A DNA stretch of 64,000 nucleotides from Octopus sinensis (GCF_006345805.1 NC_043010.1:53878001-53942000), one strand, 5' to 3'. Positions 1 through 12,670 are shown, numbered from the stretch's first letter. Notes: generated by a model from the sequence alone, not told the origin. Numbers and translations are program-made.

Positions 1-235
1 GTGCGTGCAGCTGTGAGGGTTAAATCATCGAATCATTATCCGTGAGTAATCAAAGGAAGTGCAGATTAATTGCGGTTCCCATCAGTCCATTATCACTGAA
101 GATTTGAGTCGAGACGCATGTCTGACAAGTGAGTGACAAAACTGCTTGCAGCTGACCAAAAGGACACTCAGGCTTTAGTCTGCACAAGACCTTCTTGATT
201 GTTTTGAGAACGACGAAAAGGGTTTGAAAACTTTG
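1..235 (+). mobile_element. mariner transposase relic, second HTH/linker region (runs off window start)
   Basis: Manual translation across frameshifts: NHRIIIRE*SKEVQINCGSHQSIITEDL-RRMSDK*VTKLLAADQKDTQALV-AQDLLDCFENDEKGLKT. This matches the mariner pattern DRRITIREL..ISYGS.QSI.TEDLGMRRVSAKFVPKLL. Confidence 0.75.
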
Positions 236-310
236 CGGAGGTCTTTGAGCAGGTATCGCCAAGCTTTTGGCAAAATTTGATAGAGATTCTCTGCTCAACT
301 TTCTCTGTAG
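231..310 (-). mobile_element. mariner transposase N-terminus, inverted relative to 1-235
   Basis: Minus strand reads TEKVEQRISIKFCQKLGDTCSKTSAK, the typical mariner start EQRxxIKFCxKLG. Confidence 0.75.
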
Positions 311-909
311 AGGACAATGCATAGACCACACGCTACACACCTTCACTCCAAGCATTGTTCTAAATTGGAGAAGTTTAGCAATTACAACTCCTCGATGGTA
401 TCCAGGTTTATGGACCTCAGGTGAACGGTTGTGGTTGACAGGCACTGAGGCAGTTTGAGACTTCCCTCTATTGTTACATTTGTTGTATTTCAACAGTGTT
501 TATTCAACACTATTCCGCAACTCGTCCTCCTCCTTCTCACTGTATGTTCTTATTTCCGTACAGAATTTAATTTGGTAGAACAGGCTTTACCATTGTTTTA
601 GAGCATGAACAAAATTTGACGTCGAGGAACTCTCGAAGCATTAAGCATTTCCCCAGTTTCAGTGCCTGGAGTCTCAGATCTTTACTCTGTAATATACTGC
701 CCTCCTTTATAAATGGTGTAGGTAATGCCTAGCGATTTATTTCAATATAAATGCCTACAAGAAAGAAAAACAGAGGCGGCTATATCATGAAATATACTTA
801 AACGTAATGCGTAGGGACACACATATACAAGCAAGAGGAGTATTGAATTTGTGAAATAACTGCGGTGTTTCCATCATCTCTGCTATCGCCGTATATGTGT
901 GTGTGTATA

Positions 910-951
<42 letters not shown>

Positions 952-1159
952 GATATGTGTACACACACGTGCATATGTACGTACATACGTATATAATAAT
1001 AATATAATAATAATAATAAAATAATAATAATAATAAAAGTTATATATATATATATATATATGATAAAGGAATATATATATTATATATATTTATACATATA
1101 CATATATGTATATCTGTATATACATATATGTATATACGTATATATGAATTTGTGAGTAC

Positions 1160-1213
<54 letters not shown>

Positions 1214-1812
1214 GTATTTACACACACATATATATGTATATATATATTTATGCATTTATATTACACACACAAACACACACTCACACAAACGCATACAATC
1301 ATGCACAATCGCATACGCAACATACACACGTATGTTTGAACGAACAGTTAATATAATTGCGCTTTTCGTTGCGGCAGTTTGGATCAATCACAAGAACGCA
1401 TATGCTTGCTATTACTATTATGAAATGACATAAATATTACTCTCCTCGAATATTCTGTCTCCCATAATAGTCAGTATTCAGCTGTTAGTCTAAGTGGAAG
1501 TTATACTAATTCCCTCGTATAATAAATTCATTGATATGCACACTGCTTCACTCTATCTGATTTTATGTAGATGTATGTGTCCAGCTGGTTAAATCTAAGG
1601 TTGAATAAAGTTGTGACGCATATATTTGAGATCACGGCTGCAGGTAAATTACAATAAACATACAGGTGTACGTGAATATATACTTATAGATCAATCTGTG
1701 TATGAATGTGACATGCGTATCAATACATTATATATATATATATATGTATATGAATATTTTGATATATATGAATATAGACATATTGATAAGTATATATAAG
1801 TGTGTATATATG

Positions 1813-1858
<46 letters not shown>

Positions 1859-2029
1859 CATATGCGCATAAAACCTCACATGTGTTTACATGCTTTCATA
1901 CACACTCCCCTATCAGATCAACACACTCAATTATGTTATCATTCTAATTGGTATGATGGAAGTAAAACACACCCATTATCTATCAATATCTACATCTGTA
2001 TCCATATGTTCGTCCATTTTTGCTGCTAG

Positions 2030-2083
<54 letters not shown>

Positions 2084-2409
2084 TTATCTCTCTCTATATC
2101 TATCTCTGTATTATATCTCTATATATATATATATCTATTTATTTATCTGTCTATCTAACTGTCTGTCTATCTATCTATCTATCTATCTATCTCTCTTTGT
2201 ATCTATCTATCTTTCTGACTATGTCCTTCCATCAATCTGTCTTTCTGTATACATCAAATACACACACAAATGCACACATGCATATACATATATTATATAT
2301 ATATTATATATATATTTACACACACATATACGATATATGCACACACATATATATACACACGTAATATATATTCACATACACACTCACATGTATGTCTGTG
2401 CATATATAT

Positions 2410-2455
<46 letters not shown>

Positions 2456-3589
2456 ATATATATACACACACGCATACTCACACGCATATCTATCTATCTA
2501 TCTATCTTTTTACACACACTCACACACACATGAAATCAGATTTTTTAGTATATATCCATTTCTACACACACATAAGCTTGCAATAAGTGCGTATCATTTG
2601 CTCAATGTACATATCTAGCGCAGGATTATGATCCAATATATAATAACTTTATTGAGGTGGGATGGATATCATAATATCAATGCGACGTCAATATACAACA
2701 TGGATTTATATTCAGAATTAGGATCCGAATTATTGTCACTCCTTACTGAAATTAGTTTAATGCATACACATGCGTAATTCCCACTTAACGTGACAGTAAT
2801 ATTAGATAAAGTTTAGAAACGTTCTGGTAGATATAATTCCTCGACTATGCTTTAATTCGATATTCCTCTTTAATATCAGAATTTACCTGTGCGTATGTGT
2901 ACGAGCTCCTATTCATCACATACGCGTATTAAAACAGAAATGATATTCACGGATACGTATAAGAACGCACAAAGATATATACCTGGAGAGGTTCGTGCGT
3001 CGTATTGCTCTGAGCTACGTGCGTATACACAAGTGCAAACATGTATACATATGCAAACATCCGCACAGACGTTTGACATGCGTCTCGTACTTGAATAATA
3101 TCTATAAATTGCTGGGTGGGTCATATAGAAGTATTTTCCATAAGAACAAATCACTTTTGTGTAAAGTGGATAGAGATGGTGTTATATATTTACAACAGCG
3201 CTACGCTCTTTACAAACTACCTATATCATAGAAATTAAGGCAAGTGCACACAGGCATCCGCATACAGGCAGACACACATACAAAAGCATGCATGCAGATA
3301 TTCTTTGTGTGGGTGTTTTTGTAATATGTGTGCGTGTATATATATATGCATGTTTATAATACATAAGCGTATAAAACTTAGATAAAACTTAGATATGTTT
3401 CGACCAAAGGTTGGTCCAGGCCATGCCTAACTTAATAGCACCACTTGATAGGATTATCTTAATCCTGTTTCAGTCAAGTTTTGTGAATGGTCCATTCAAG
3501 TAGTGAGATTTTGTTGGGGAGTTGCACCAATTATGGGTGGCTTATCTGGTGTTCCTTGAAGGATTCTATTTAAAGTTGATGGGATCCTC

Positions 3590-5842
3590 TTCCTCTTTGA
3601 TCTCTATCGGGACCCTCTTTGATCTCTGTCGGCACGATCTTTGATCACTTTCGGGACTCCTCTTTGATCTCTTCGGGACTCCTATTTGATATCTTATATC
3701 TCTGTCGGTACGCCCTATCATCTCTGTCGCCACCCTCTTTGATCTCTGTCGGCACGCCCTTTGATCTCTGTCGGCACGCCCTTTGATCTCTGTCCGCACC
3801 CCCTTTGATCCCTGTCGGCACCCCCTTTCATCTCTGTCGGCACGCCGTTTGAACTCTGTCGGCACCCTCTTTGATCTCTGTCGGCACCCTCTTTGATCTC
3901 TGTCGGCACCCTCTTTGATCTCTGTCGGCACGCCCTTTGATCTCTGTCGGCAGGCCCTTTGATCTCTGTCGGCACAACCTTTGATCTCTGTCGGCACGCC
4001 CTTTGATCTCTGTCGGTACCCTCTTTCATCTCTGTCGGCACGCGCTTTGATCTCTGTCGGCACCCTCTTTGAACTCTGTCGACACGCCCTTTGATCTCTG
4101 TCGGCACCTTCTTTGATCTCTGTCGGCATGCCCTTTGATCTCTGTCGGCACGCCCTTAGATCTCTGTCGGTACCCTCTTTCATCTTTGTCGGCACGCGCT
4201 TTGATCTCTGTCGGCACCCTCTTTGAACTCTGTCGGCACGCCCTTTGATCTCTGTCGGCACCCTCTTTGATCTCTGTCGGCACCCTCTTTGATCTCTATC
4301 GGCACCCCTCTTTGATATCTGTCGGTATCCTCTTTGATCTCTGTCGGCACACACTTTGATCTCTGTCGGCACCCTCTTGAACTCTGTCGGTACGCGCTTT
4401 GATCTCTGTCGGCACCCTCTTTGATATCCGTCGGCACGCCCTTTGATCTCTGTCCGCACCCTCTTTGATATCTGTTGGTATCCTCTTTGATCTCTGTCGG
4501 CATCCTCTTTGATCCCTGTCGGCACCCCTTTGATCTCTGTCGGCACGCCCTTTCATCTCTGTCGGCACGCCCTTTGATCTCTGTCGGCACGCCCTTTGAT
4601 CTCTGTCGGCACCCCTTTGATCTCTGTCGACACGCCCTTTCATCTCTGTCGGCTCCCTCTTTGATCTCTGTCGGCACGCCCTTTCATTTCTGTCGGCACC
4701 CTCTTTCATCTCTGTCGGTATCCTCTTTCATCTCTGTCGGCACGCCCTTTGATCTCTGTCGGCACGCCCTTTCATCTCTGCCGGCACCCTCTTTCATCTC
4801 TGTCGGCACGCCCTTTGATCTCTGTCGGCACCCTCTTTGATATCTGTCGTTATCCTCTTTGATCTCTGTCGGCACACACTTTGATCTCTGTCGGCACCCT
4901 CTTGAACTCTGTCGGTACGCCCTTTGATCTCTGTCGGCACCCTCTTTGATATCCGTCGGCACGCCCTTTGATCTCTGTCCGCACCCTCTCTGATATCTGT
5001 CGGTATCCTCTTTGATCTCTGTCGGCATCCTCTTTGATCCCTGTCGGCACCCTCTTTCATCTCTGTCGGTATCCTCTTTCATCTCTGTCGGCACGCCCTT
5101 TGATCTCTGTCGGCACCCTCTTTGATATCCGTCGGCACGCCCTTTGATCTCTGTCGGCACGCCCTTTCATCTCTGTCGGCACCCTCTTTGATCTCTGTCG
5201 GCACGCTCTTTCATTTCTGTCGGCACCCTCTTTCATCTCTGTCGGTATCCTCTTTCATCTCTGTCGGCACGCCCATTGATCTCTGTCGGCACGCCCTTTC
5301 ATCTCTGTCGGCACCCTCTTTCATCTCTGTCGGCACACCCTTTGATCTCTGTCGGCACCCTCTTTGATCTATGTCGGTATCCTCTTTCATCTCTGTCGGC
5401 ACGCCATTTGATCTCTGTCGGCACGCGCTTTGATCTCTGTCCGCACGCCCTTTGGTCTCTGTCGGCACCCTCTTTGATCTCTGTCGGCACGCCCTTTGAT
5501 CTCTGTCGGCACGCCATTTGATCTCTGTCGGTATCCTCTTTCATCTCTGTCGGCACACCCTTTGATCTCTGTCTGCCCCCCCTTTGATCTCTGTCGACAC
5601 GCCCTTTGATCTATGTCGGCACCCTCTTTGATCTATGTCGGCACGCACTTTGATCTCTGTCGGAACGCTGTTTGATCTTTGTCGGCACCCTCTTTGATCC
5701 CTGTCAGCACCCCCTTTGATCTCTGTCGACACCCTCTTTGATCCCTGTTAGCACCCCCTTTGATCTCTGTCGGTTCGCCCTTTGATCTCTTTCGGCACCC
5801 TCTTTGATCTCTTTCGGAACCCTCTTTGATCTCTTTCGGCAT
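3590..5842. repeat. 22-bp tandem minisatellite, about 100 units
   Basis: Unit CTTTGATCTCTGTCGGCAC(G/C)C(C/T) in tandem with no spacers. The 22-aa periodic ORFs (66 nt = 3 units) reflect the period. Confidence 0.97.
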
Positions 5843-5867
5843 TCTCCTGGTTCTCTTTATATATATA

Positions 5868-6839
5868 TCTTTATATATTTAAAACTCAGAATGTGTTTTT
5901 GTCTGTCTGTTTCCCTAAAACTTGAGAACTAGACAACCAATTTTATTCAAATTTTACACATGCCTTACTTGGGGTCCATGTAGTTTAGTGTGTAAAAAAC
6001 ATGTTCAACTTCTTGCCTAGAGCGAGCCCATAGCAATATCATATCTTCTCCACTATTTCAATATTACGTGTTAAAAGATACTTTCACTTTAACAATAAAA
6101 ATAATAATAACAATTGAATTATATGTACTAATTAATAATTAAAATCAAACTAAAGTATAATATAATCGTAACATAAAAAAAGTAAAACTAGTAATTGTTA
6201 TAAAATTGCATCATCGACTTGAACTTGAATAAGTGGTTTCACATGAATGGGAATAAATTAAAAATAAAATTAGCGTGCAGAAATGGGATAGTGCAGATGG
6301 ATAAAATTAGATTAAAGAAAAGACTATTTTCTATAAAGTATACAATGTAGAGAAAAAAGAAGATTTGAACACATGGAAGAAAGCACATGGAAAAGTGTCT
6401 TGGTGCGACTATGAAAGGTAAATTCGCCACAATAGAAGCAGGGTTCGAGTCAACGGAGCGTGCAAGGGAGTACTCGACTCGAATTTGCAAAGTGGAAATA
6501 TATTATATTCTTACCTTTATATCCGGGACGTCCTGGAAAAAAATTGAAAATGCCCCCCGCCAAACAGAAGTAGATGTAGGCTGGATTGTTGCCACACTTC
6601 TATACAAGAGGGAGGAAAGATATAATTGATCGAAATTACAAGAGACGGGCTAACAATTCCAGTCTGTTATATATTTAGAGTACTGTTATCACTAGCGATA
6701 TCAAGATATAACTTTGTATTTTGTATTTTATGTGTAGAAGTATATATATAGATGAGCATGTAAAATGTACACATATATATACACACATATATACATGCAC
6801 TAGCACTATGACCCGGCAACGACGGGTCTTTAATGCTAG
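5868..6839 (+). mobile_element. non-autonomous Helitron
   Basis: Starts A|TCTTTATATATTTAAAAC at 5868 and ends CTAG|T at 6836-6839. Hairpin ACCCG-gcaacga-CGGGT (6810-6826) lies about 9 nt before CTAG. AT target, no TSD. Confidence 0.8.
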
Positions 6840-6847
6840 TATATATT

Positions 6848-6878
<31 letters not shown>

Positions 6879-6974
6879 TGAGTGAGAGACATGAATAGAT
6901 CTATAGATAGATAGATACGACAGGCTTCTTTAAGTTTACGCCTATCAAATCTAACGAAGCCATTGGTTGAAGAC

Positions 6975-7460
<486 letters not shown>

Positions 7461-7466
7461 TATATA

Positions 7467-7815
7467 TTAATCAATATAGGGTAGCAAACAATTCAATAGA
7501 AATTTTTTCGCCACCAGCGGTCTAGTGAGAAAGAGAAAATAGTCAGAGACTATATATATAAATTGAATAACATTGAGGAACGGCCTCAATAGGCCATTCG
7601 ACCCACTAGAAAGAGCAGCCAGGATCCAAACCGCCAAGTAGTAGTAATTCAGAAATTAAAGTAAAATGAAAAAACATTTACCCTATTCATCTTTAGACAA
7701 TGCATTGTTTCGACGTTTTTAATGGCAAACCAGCCGAATTAAATTAAATTAAACTCAATCAAGTCAATCGACCAATGGCTTGTCTCATCGGTAAAGAAGC
7801 CTCAATGTTGTTGAA
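7467..7815 (-). mobile_element. Penelope-like pLTR fragment, homologous to 56369-56700
   Basis: Begins TTAATCAATATAGGGT directly after (TA)n and aligns by eye with the 56.4-kb unit. Contains a hammerhead fold. Confidence 0.7.
7691..7796 (-). ncRNA. type I hammerhead ribozyme fold with one core substitution (CCGAUGA)
   Basis: Minus strand: cttta-CCGATGA-gac-[67 nt]-gtc-GAAA-C AATGCATT G-TC-taaag. Stem I 5 bp, stem II 3 bp, palindromic stem III, GUC site. Confidence 0.7.
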
Positions 7816-7823
7816 TATATATG

Positions 7824-7895
<72 letters not shown>

Positions 7896-7899
7896 TTTT

Positions 7900-8301
7900 T
7901 CTTCTTCTTCTTGTTTCAGTCATTTGACTGCGGCCATGCTGGAGCACCGCCTTTAGTCGAGCAAATCGACCCCAGGACTTATTCTTTGTAAGCCCAGTAC
8001 TTATTCTATCGGTCTCTTTTGCCGAACCGCTAGGTGACGGGGACGTAAGCACACCAGCATCGGTTGTCAAGCAATGCTAGGGGGGACAAACACAGACACA
8101 CAAACACACACATATACATATATACACATACATATATACGCCAGGCTTCGTTCAGTTTCCGTCTACCAAATCCACTCACAAGGCATTGGTCGGCCCGGGG
8201 CTATAGCAGAAGACACCTGCCCAAGATGCCACGCAGTGGGACTGAACCCGGAACCATGTGGTCGGTTAGCAAGCTACTTACCACACAGCCACTCCTGCGC
8301 C
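7900..8301 (-). mobile_element. SINE family A, full length
   Basis: tRNA-like head GGCGCAGGAGTGGCTGTGTGGTAAG..GGTTCAGTCCC, internal (TA)/(CA) tract, tail GCATGGCCGCAGTCAAATGACTGAAACAAG. Confidence 0.9.
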
Positions 8302-8999
8302 ATTATATATATATATATTCTCTCCCAATTTCGCAGTGTGTGTATGTGCGTAAATAAATGTATTTATGGTAATATATCCCATTGCTTGGGTTATAATATT
8401 TCATTAATATATGTTTTGATGAACGTCAGATCTGATAACAAGATTGCTTTACACCATTCAAGTCCTGTTATTCAACTTCGCACTATTTGTTCCTTATGAT
8501 ATAGCAATATAATGAAATAACTGATATTCAATAGGGTACCAGCGGCTCTCTCTTGTCTAAAACAATCGAAGACAGGGGTCTATCCACGTCGGATTCCGTT
8601 GCCTAATACAAGACATGTCCATAACACTGTTTTCCTTTTCTTTTCTCGTATGTTTCCGATAATGCCATCCATCAATTATAACGATTTGTATACAATATAA
8701 TTAAATATTTATAGCAGAAGTCTTCAATAATAATTTGCTTCAAGATTCTTTGCGAAATAATCGGTTTTTGAAATAAGATTTTGTTGATTATCGTGACATA
8801 TTACTCGATAATTTATAATACTGTCCGTTCAGAAAAAGATGTCTTGCGGTCATTTATTTTCTTATGTGAACGTAAGACCAATGAAGTTTCAAGAAGCTAG
8901 CGGTAGCCTTATTACTTGATTACTACATTTTACTGTGAATCTGTGATGATATCAAAATCAATACAAGTCTTCAGCCAATTGAGATCAGAAAGGAAACAT

Positions 9000-9325
9000 A
9001 CGTAACTAACAACAAGCTCAACTATGGCTCCACATGGTTTCAATGTTCAGTCCCACTGTGTGGCGTTTTAGACGAGTGTCATCTGCTATAGCTTCCGGAT
9101 GGCCAAAGCTTTCTCAATGAATTTGATAGACGGAAACTGAAATAAGCGTGTCGCGTACATGTGCATGTGTGCGTTTGAGCGTTTGCGCGTATATATGAGT
9201 GTGAGTGTATGTCTGTGCTTTTGTTTGTGTTCCGTGATCACTTGACAATCGGTGTTGATTTGATTCCGTTTCCTCAACATAGCATTTCGGTAATAGAAAC
9301 GATAGAATAAGCAGCATGCTTTAAG
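9000..9325 (+). mobile_element. old diverged relative of SINE family A
   Basis: Degenerate matches to CCACATGGTT..TTCAGTCCCACTG..GACGGAAACTGAAA..CACTTGACAATCGG. Confidence 0.6.
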
Positions 9326-9435
9326 TTAAGAAAAAAATAAAGAATACAAGACAAAAATGTCTATAAAATAGTTTATAAAATATCATATATACTGGGTTTG
9401 TTTTGTTCGAATAAAATCTTCAAGGCGTTGCTCCA

Positions 9436-9650
9436 GTGTGGTAAGTAGCTTGTCTACCAACCACATGGTTCCGGGTTCAGTCCCACTGCGTGGCACCTTG
9501 GGCAAATGTCTTCTACTATAGCCTCGGGCCGACCAAAGCCTTGTGAGTGGATTTGGTAGACGGAAACTGAAAGAAGCCCGTCGTATATATGAATTTGATT
9601 TTGATTTTGATTTTTCCAGTTTCAGCTTATGGGCTGTGGCCATGCTGGGG

Positions 9651-9719
<69 letters not shown>

Positions 9720-9946
9720 ATATATATGCGTGTGTGTGTTTGTGTGTCTGTGTTTGTCCCCAAGCATTGCTTGACAACCGATGCTGGTGTGTTTATGTCC
9801 CGTTACTTAGCGGTTCGGCAAAAGAGCCCGAGAGAATAAGTACTGGGCTTACAAAAGAATAAGTCCCGGGGTCGAGTTGCTCGATTAAAGGCGGTGCTCC
9901 AGCATGACTGCAGTCAAATGACTGAAACAAGTAAAAGAGTAAAAGA
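9436..9946 (+). mobile_element. SINE family A, slightly 5'-truncated, with nested insert in its TA tract
   Basis: Head, body and tail match the other copies. Confidence 0.9.
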
Positions 9947-10518
9947 GAGAGATCACGAGGAGGAGGTCAAATAGAAATGGTGGTGAAGGAGGAGGAGGAG
10001 GAGGACGGAAAAGAGAAGAGCGGGAGGTAGCGTCAGTCTGTCACTTGCTTTGTCACTAAAGTCGCTTTGTGGTAATGGGTCAGTAGTAGGGATGGGTACT
10101 GAGAATAGCCGAAGGAAAGAAGATTCACGAAGTTAAGGATGGGTGTGAACGGGATTAACAACGACAACGAGATGAAGGTGGCTATGAAGACGAAGAGGAT
10201 AACTACAATGGGCACGTTGAAGACAGGCAAGATAGCGGTGATTGTGATGATGATGATGATAGTGGCTGTGATGATGATGGAGGTGTTATCACCTTACAAG
10301 AAGGTGATGGTGTCGAAGGGAGTGATGATTTTTAAGTTTGCTATGGTGCCACTTACATCGATATAATATCGATGATGTTGATGATGTTGCTGTTGAAATG
10401 CTACTTTTAAATTCTTTATTGAAAAATGTTCAATACAAAGCGTGTAGCATGGACTGCGGGATTCCATGTATCTCCTTCACAATCATGAATGAAATATACG
10501 TATGTATGTATCTCTCTC

Positions 10519-10570
<52 letters not shown>

Positions 10571-10650
10571 ATAAAAATCAAGTACGAGAAAAACAAGCTC
10601 CTCTTTAGGGATGTGTATATATATATATATATATATAATATATATATATA

Positions 10651-10965
10651 TTACCGTGATCACCCTGACCGACCAGGCTATCAGATGTTGCTACACATCG
10701 CTGGTCACAATGCGCTTCGCATCGTTTTAGCCCTTTTTAAATGACGCCACCCCGCTGGCTAAGCGAGCAGGCCAACAGAAGAAAGAGTGAGAGAAAGTTG
10801 TGGCGAAAGAGTACAGCAGGGATCGACACCATCCCCTGCCGGAGTCTCGTGGAGCTTTAGGTGTTTTCGCTCAAAAAACATTCACAACGCCCGGTCTGGG
10901 AATCGAAACTGCGATCCTACGACCGCGAGTCCGCTGCCCTAACCACTGGGCTATTGCGTTTCCAC
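10651..10965 (-). mobile_element. tRNA(Arg)-like SINE family D
   Basis: Minus-strand head GTGGAAACGCAATAGCCCAGTGGTTAGGGCAGCGGACTCGCGG..GTTTCGATTCCC with A/B-box-like motifs and a TCG anticodon-like loop, followed by a non-tRNA body. Confidence 0.85.
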
Positions 10966-11143
10966 ATACACACACACACACTCACATATATATGTATATA
11001 TATATAAGCATGATTAGCTGTCTGTCGAGTACCGACGTATTGATGTGGGGATCTATGAATGCATATTCTATGAATATGGAGGTGTAAGCGTGGGTGGGTA
11101 GACAGAAATGCGTTTCTATGTCTATGTTTATATATATGTATAT

Positions 11144-11186
<43 letters not shown>

Positions 11187-11296
11187 AAAGAGAGAGAGAG
11201 AGAGGGTGGGGAGTAGTATAAATATATGCATGAATTAATGGAAAAATGAATTTTTGAATGCATTGATAGATAGATGCTTGCATGTAAGCTTTTTAA

Positions 11297-11328
<32 letters not shown>

Positions 11329-12329
11329 ATATATATATATATATATGGGTATGTGCATATATATATATATGGGTATGTACGTATTTCATGAATTCATGGC
11401 CGAATGGATAGATGGATGTTTATATGAATATACAAATATATGTATATAGTTATGCATGCGGTTGTCGTCTTACGCATGTGGATTATAGTTAAATTCTGCA
11501 AACATTGGATTTATAAGAAGAATTGTTGTGTTTTTTTCTCAAAGAAATTTTATTTTCTATTTACAATGGAATTATGGAATGTCGAATAACTTCAACTTTG
11601 ATCGAATGCATTGAATGCAAGTCAAAGAACAGAGAAAATTTTCGATTATTGTTTGTATTGCGTAAAAGATGCATTCATATAAGTGTGTGCATGCCTACCT
11701 ACAGCAATGTAGGTGTGTGCATATGCGTGTGTGTACATACACACTCATGCTTGGTGCAATATGTACACACACATACGAAGACACAGGCATACACTCACAC
11801 ATGCACAGAAATCCGCACAGACACACAGACACATACATATCAAAACTGCCTGATGAATAGTCTCCAGATGACTCTGCGTAACATTTTGTGAAGGTATTTT
11901 CAGCTTTAATTAAATGCATATTAATCTATATTAAATATTGGATTAAGATGCATCTTGCTTTGTGCCAATGTGGTTACTGATGTGTGTATGTGTTTTCGTG
12001 TGTGCGTGTGCGTGTGTGTGTGTGTGTGTGTAGAAGGTGATCACCGTCAGATGATTTAAACATAGGTACGAGACATTAATTTAAAACAATTAGCATTGCC
12101 AAGCATTCTCAACTGTTTTTCTTTTATGCTGTAATTATAGTAATCGAACTAACCAATGTAAAAGACAAATGCTGTTGAAACGGCTGTTGTGAAACATTAA
12201 ACACCACATGTAGTCTTCATTTGTGCAAACACACTACATGGTACCGTCTCTACATTGGATTGGGAACCTACTATGAGTGTGTGTGTGTTGGGGGCTGTAT
12301 GTGTGTCTATGTGTGTATGTTTATATACA

Positions 12330-12670
12330 CTGAGGTAAAATATACGAAGCCCGGTGTATCCATCATGACTACCCGTCTGATAAGGCTACACCAGTCACAT
12401 GCATCACAACCATATGTGCGCGACATGGCGATCTCATATCAAGATAAACAGCGCATGACGTTGCACGTGCGGCCCAGTTAGAATTTTCCTCTGATCGAGT
12501 AGTCCATTCCGCGCAAAAGGTCCCTGCATAATAATAATAATAATAATTATGATAATGATAATAATAATTAGTAGTAGTAGTAGTATTACTATTATTTTTC
12601 ACGTCACTGCCTGGAATTGAACTCGGAATCTTGGGGTTAGTAGCCCGCACTCTTAAATACTAGGCCATAT
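12330..12670 (-). mobile_element. SINE family C (tRNA-like head, internal (TAA/TAG)n, 3' body)
   Basis: Head ATGGCCTAGTATTTAAGAGTGCGGGCTACTAACCCCAAGATTCCGAGTTCAATTCC. Body overlaps 15255-15530 through CAGGGACCTTT..GAAAA. Confidence 0.7.

Noticed and set aside
50-493. 147-aa minus-strand ORF
   Set aside because: Off-frame reading across the mariner fragments; the informative peptides are in other frames.
798-2586. Many Tyr/Ile/His/Thr-repeat ORFs here and throughout the window
   Set aside because: Translations of (TA)n, (CA)n, (TCTA)n and (TATG)n microsatellites.
3566-5842. Long repetitive ORFs and CRISPR-like appearance
   Set aside because: Contiguous 22-bp units with no unique spacers and no cas genes. 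The minus strand lacks stops in all frames simply by composition.
8530-8602. Possible terminal minus-strand exon (ATESDVDRPLSSIVLDKREPLVPY*)
   Set aside because: Weak polypyrimidine tract and no recognisable homology.
10880-10965. tRNA-like sequences here and at 12600-12670, 23608-23680, 29860-29932 and 30185-30258
   Set aside because: They continue into SINE bodies and lack a complete cloverleaf acceptor stem, so they are SINE heads rather than tRNA genes.
11850-11880. CTGATGA boxes here and at 23142-23148 (-) and 25699-25705
   Set aside because: No correctly placed GAAA and NUH, so no hammerhead fold.
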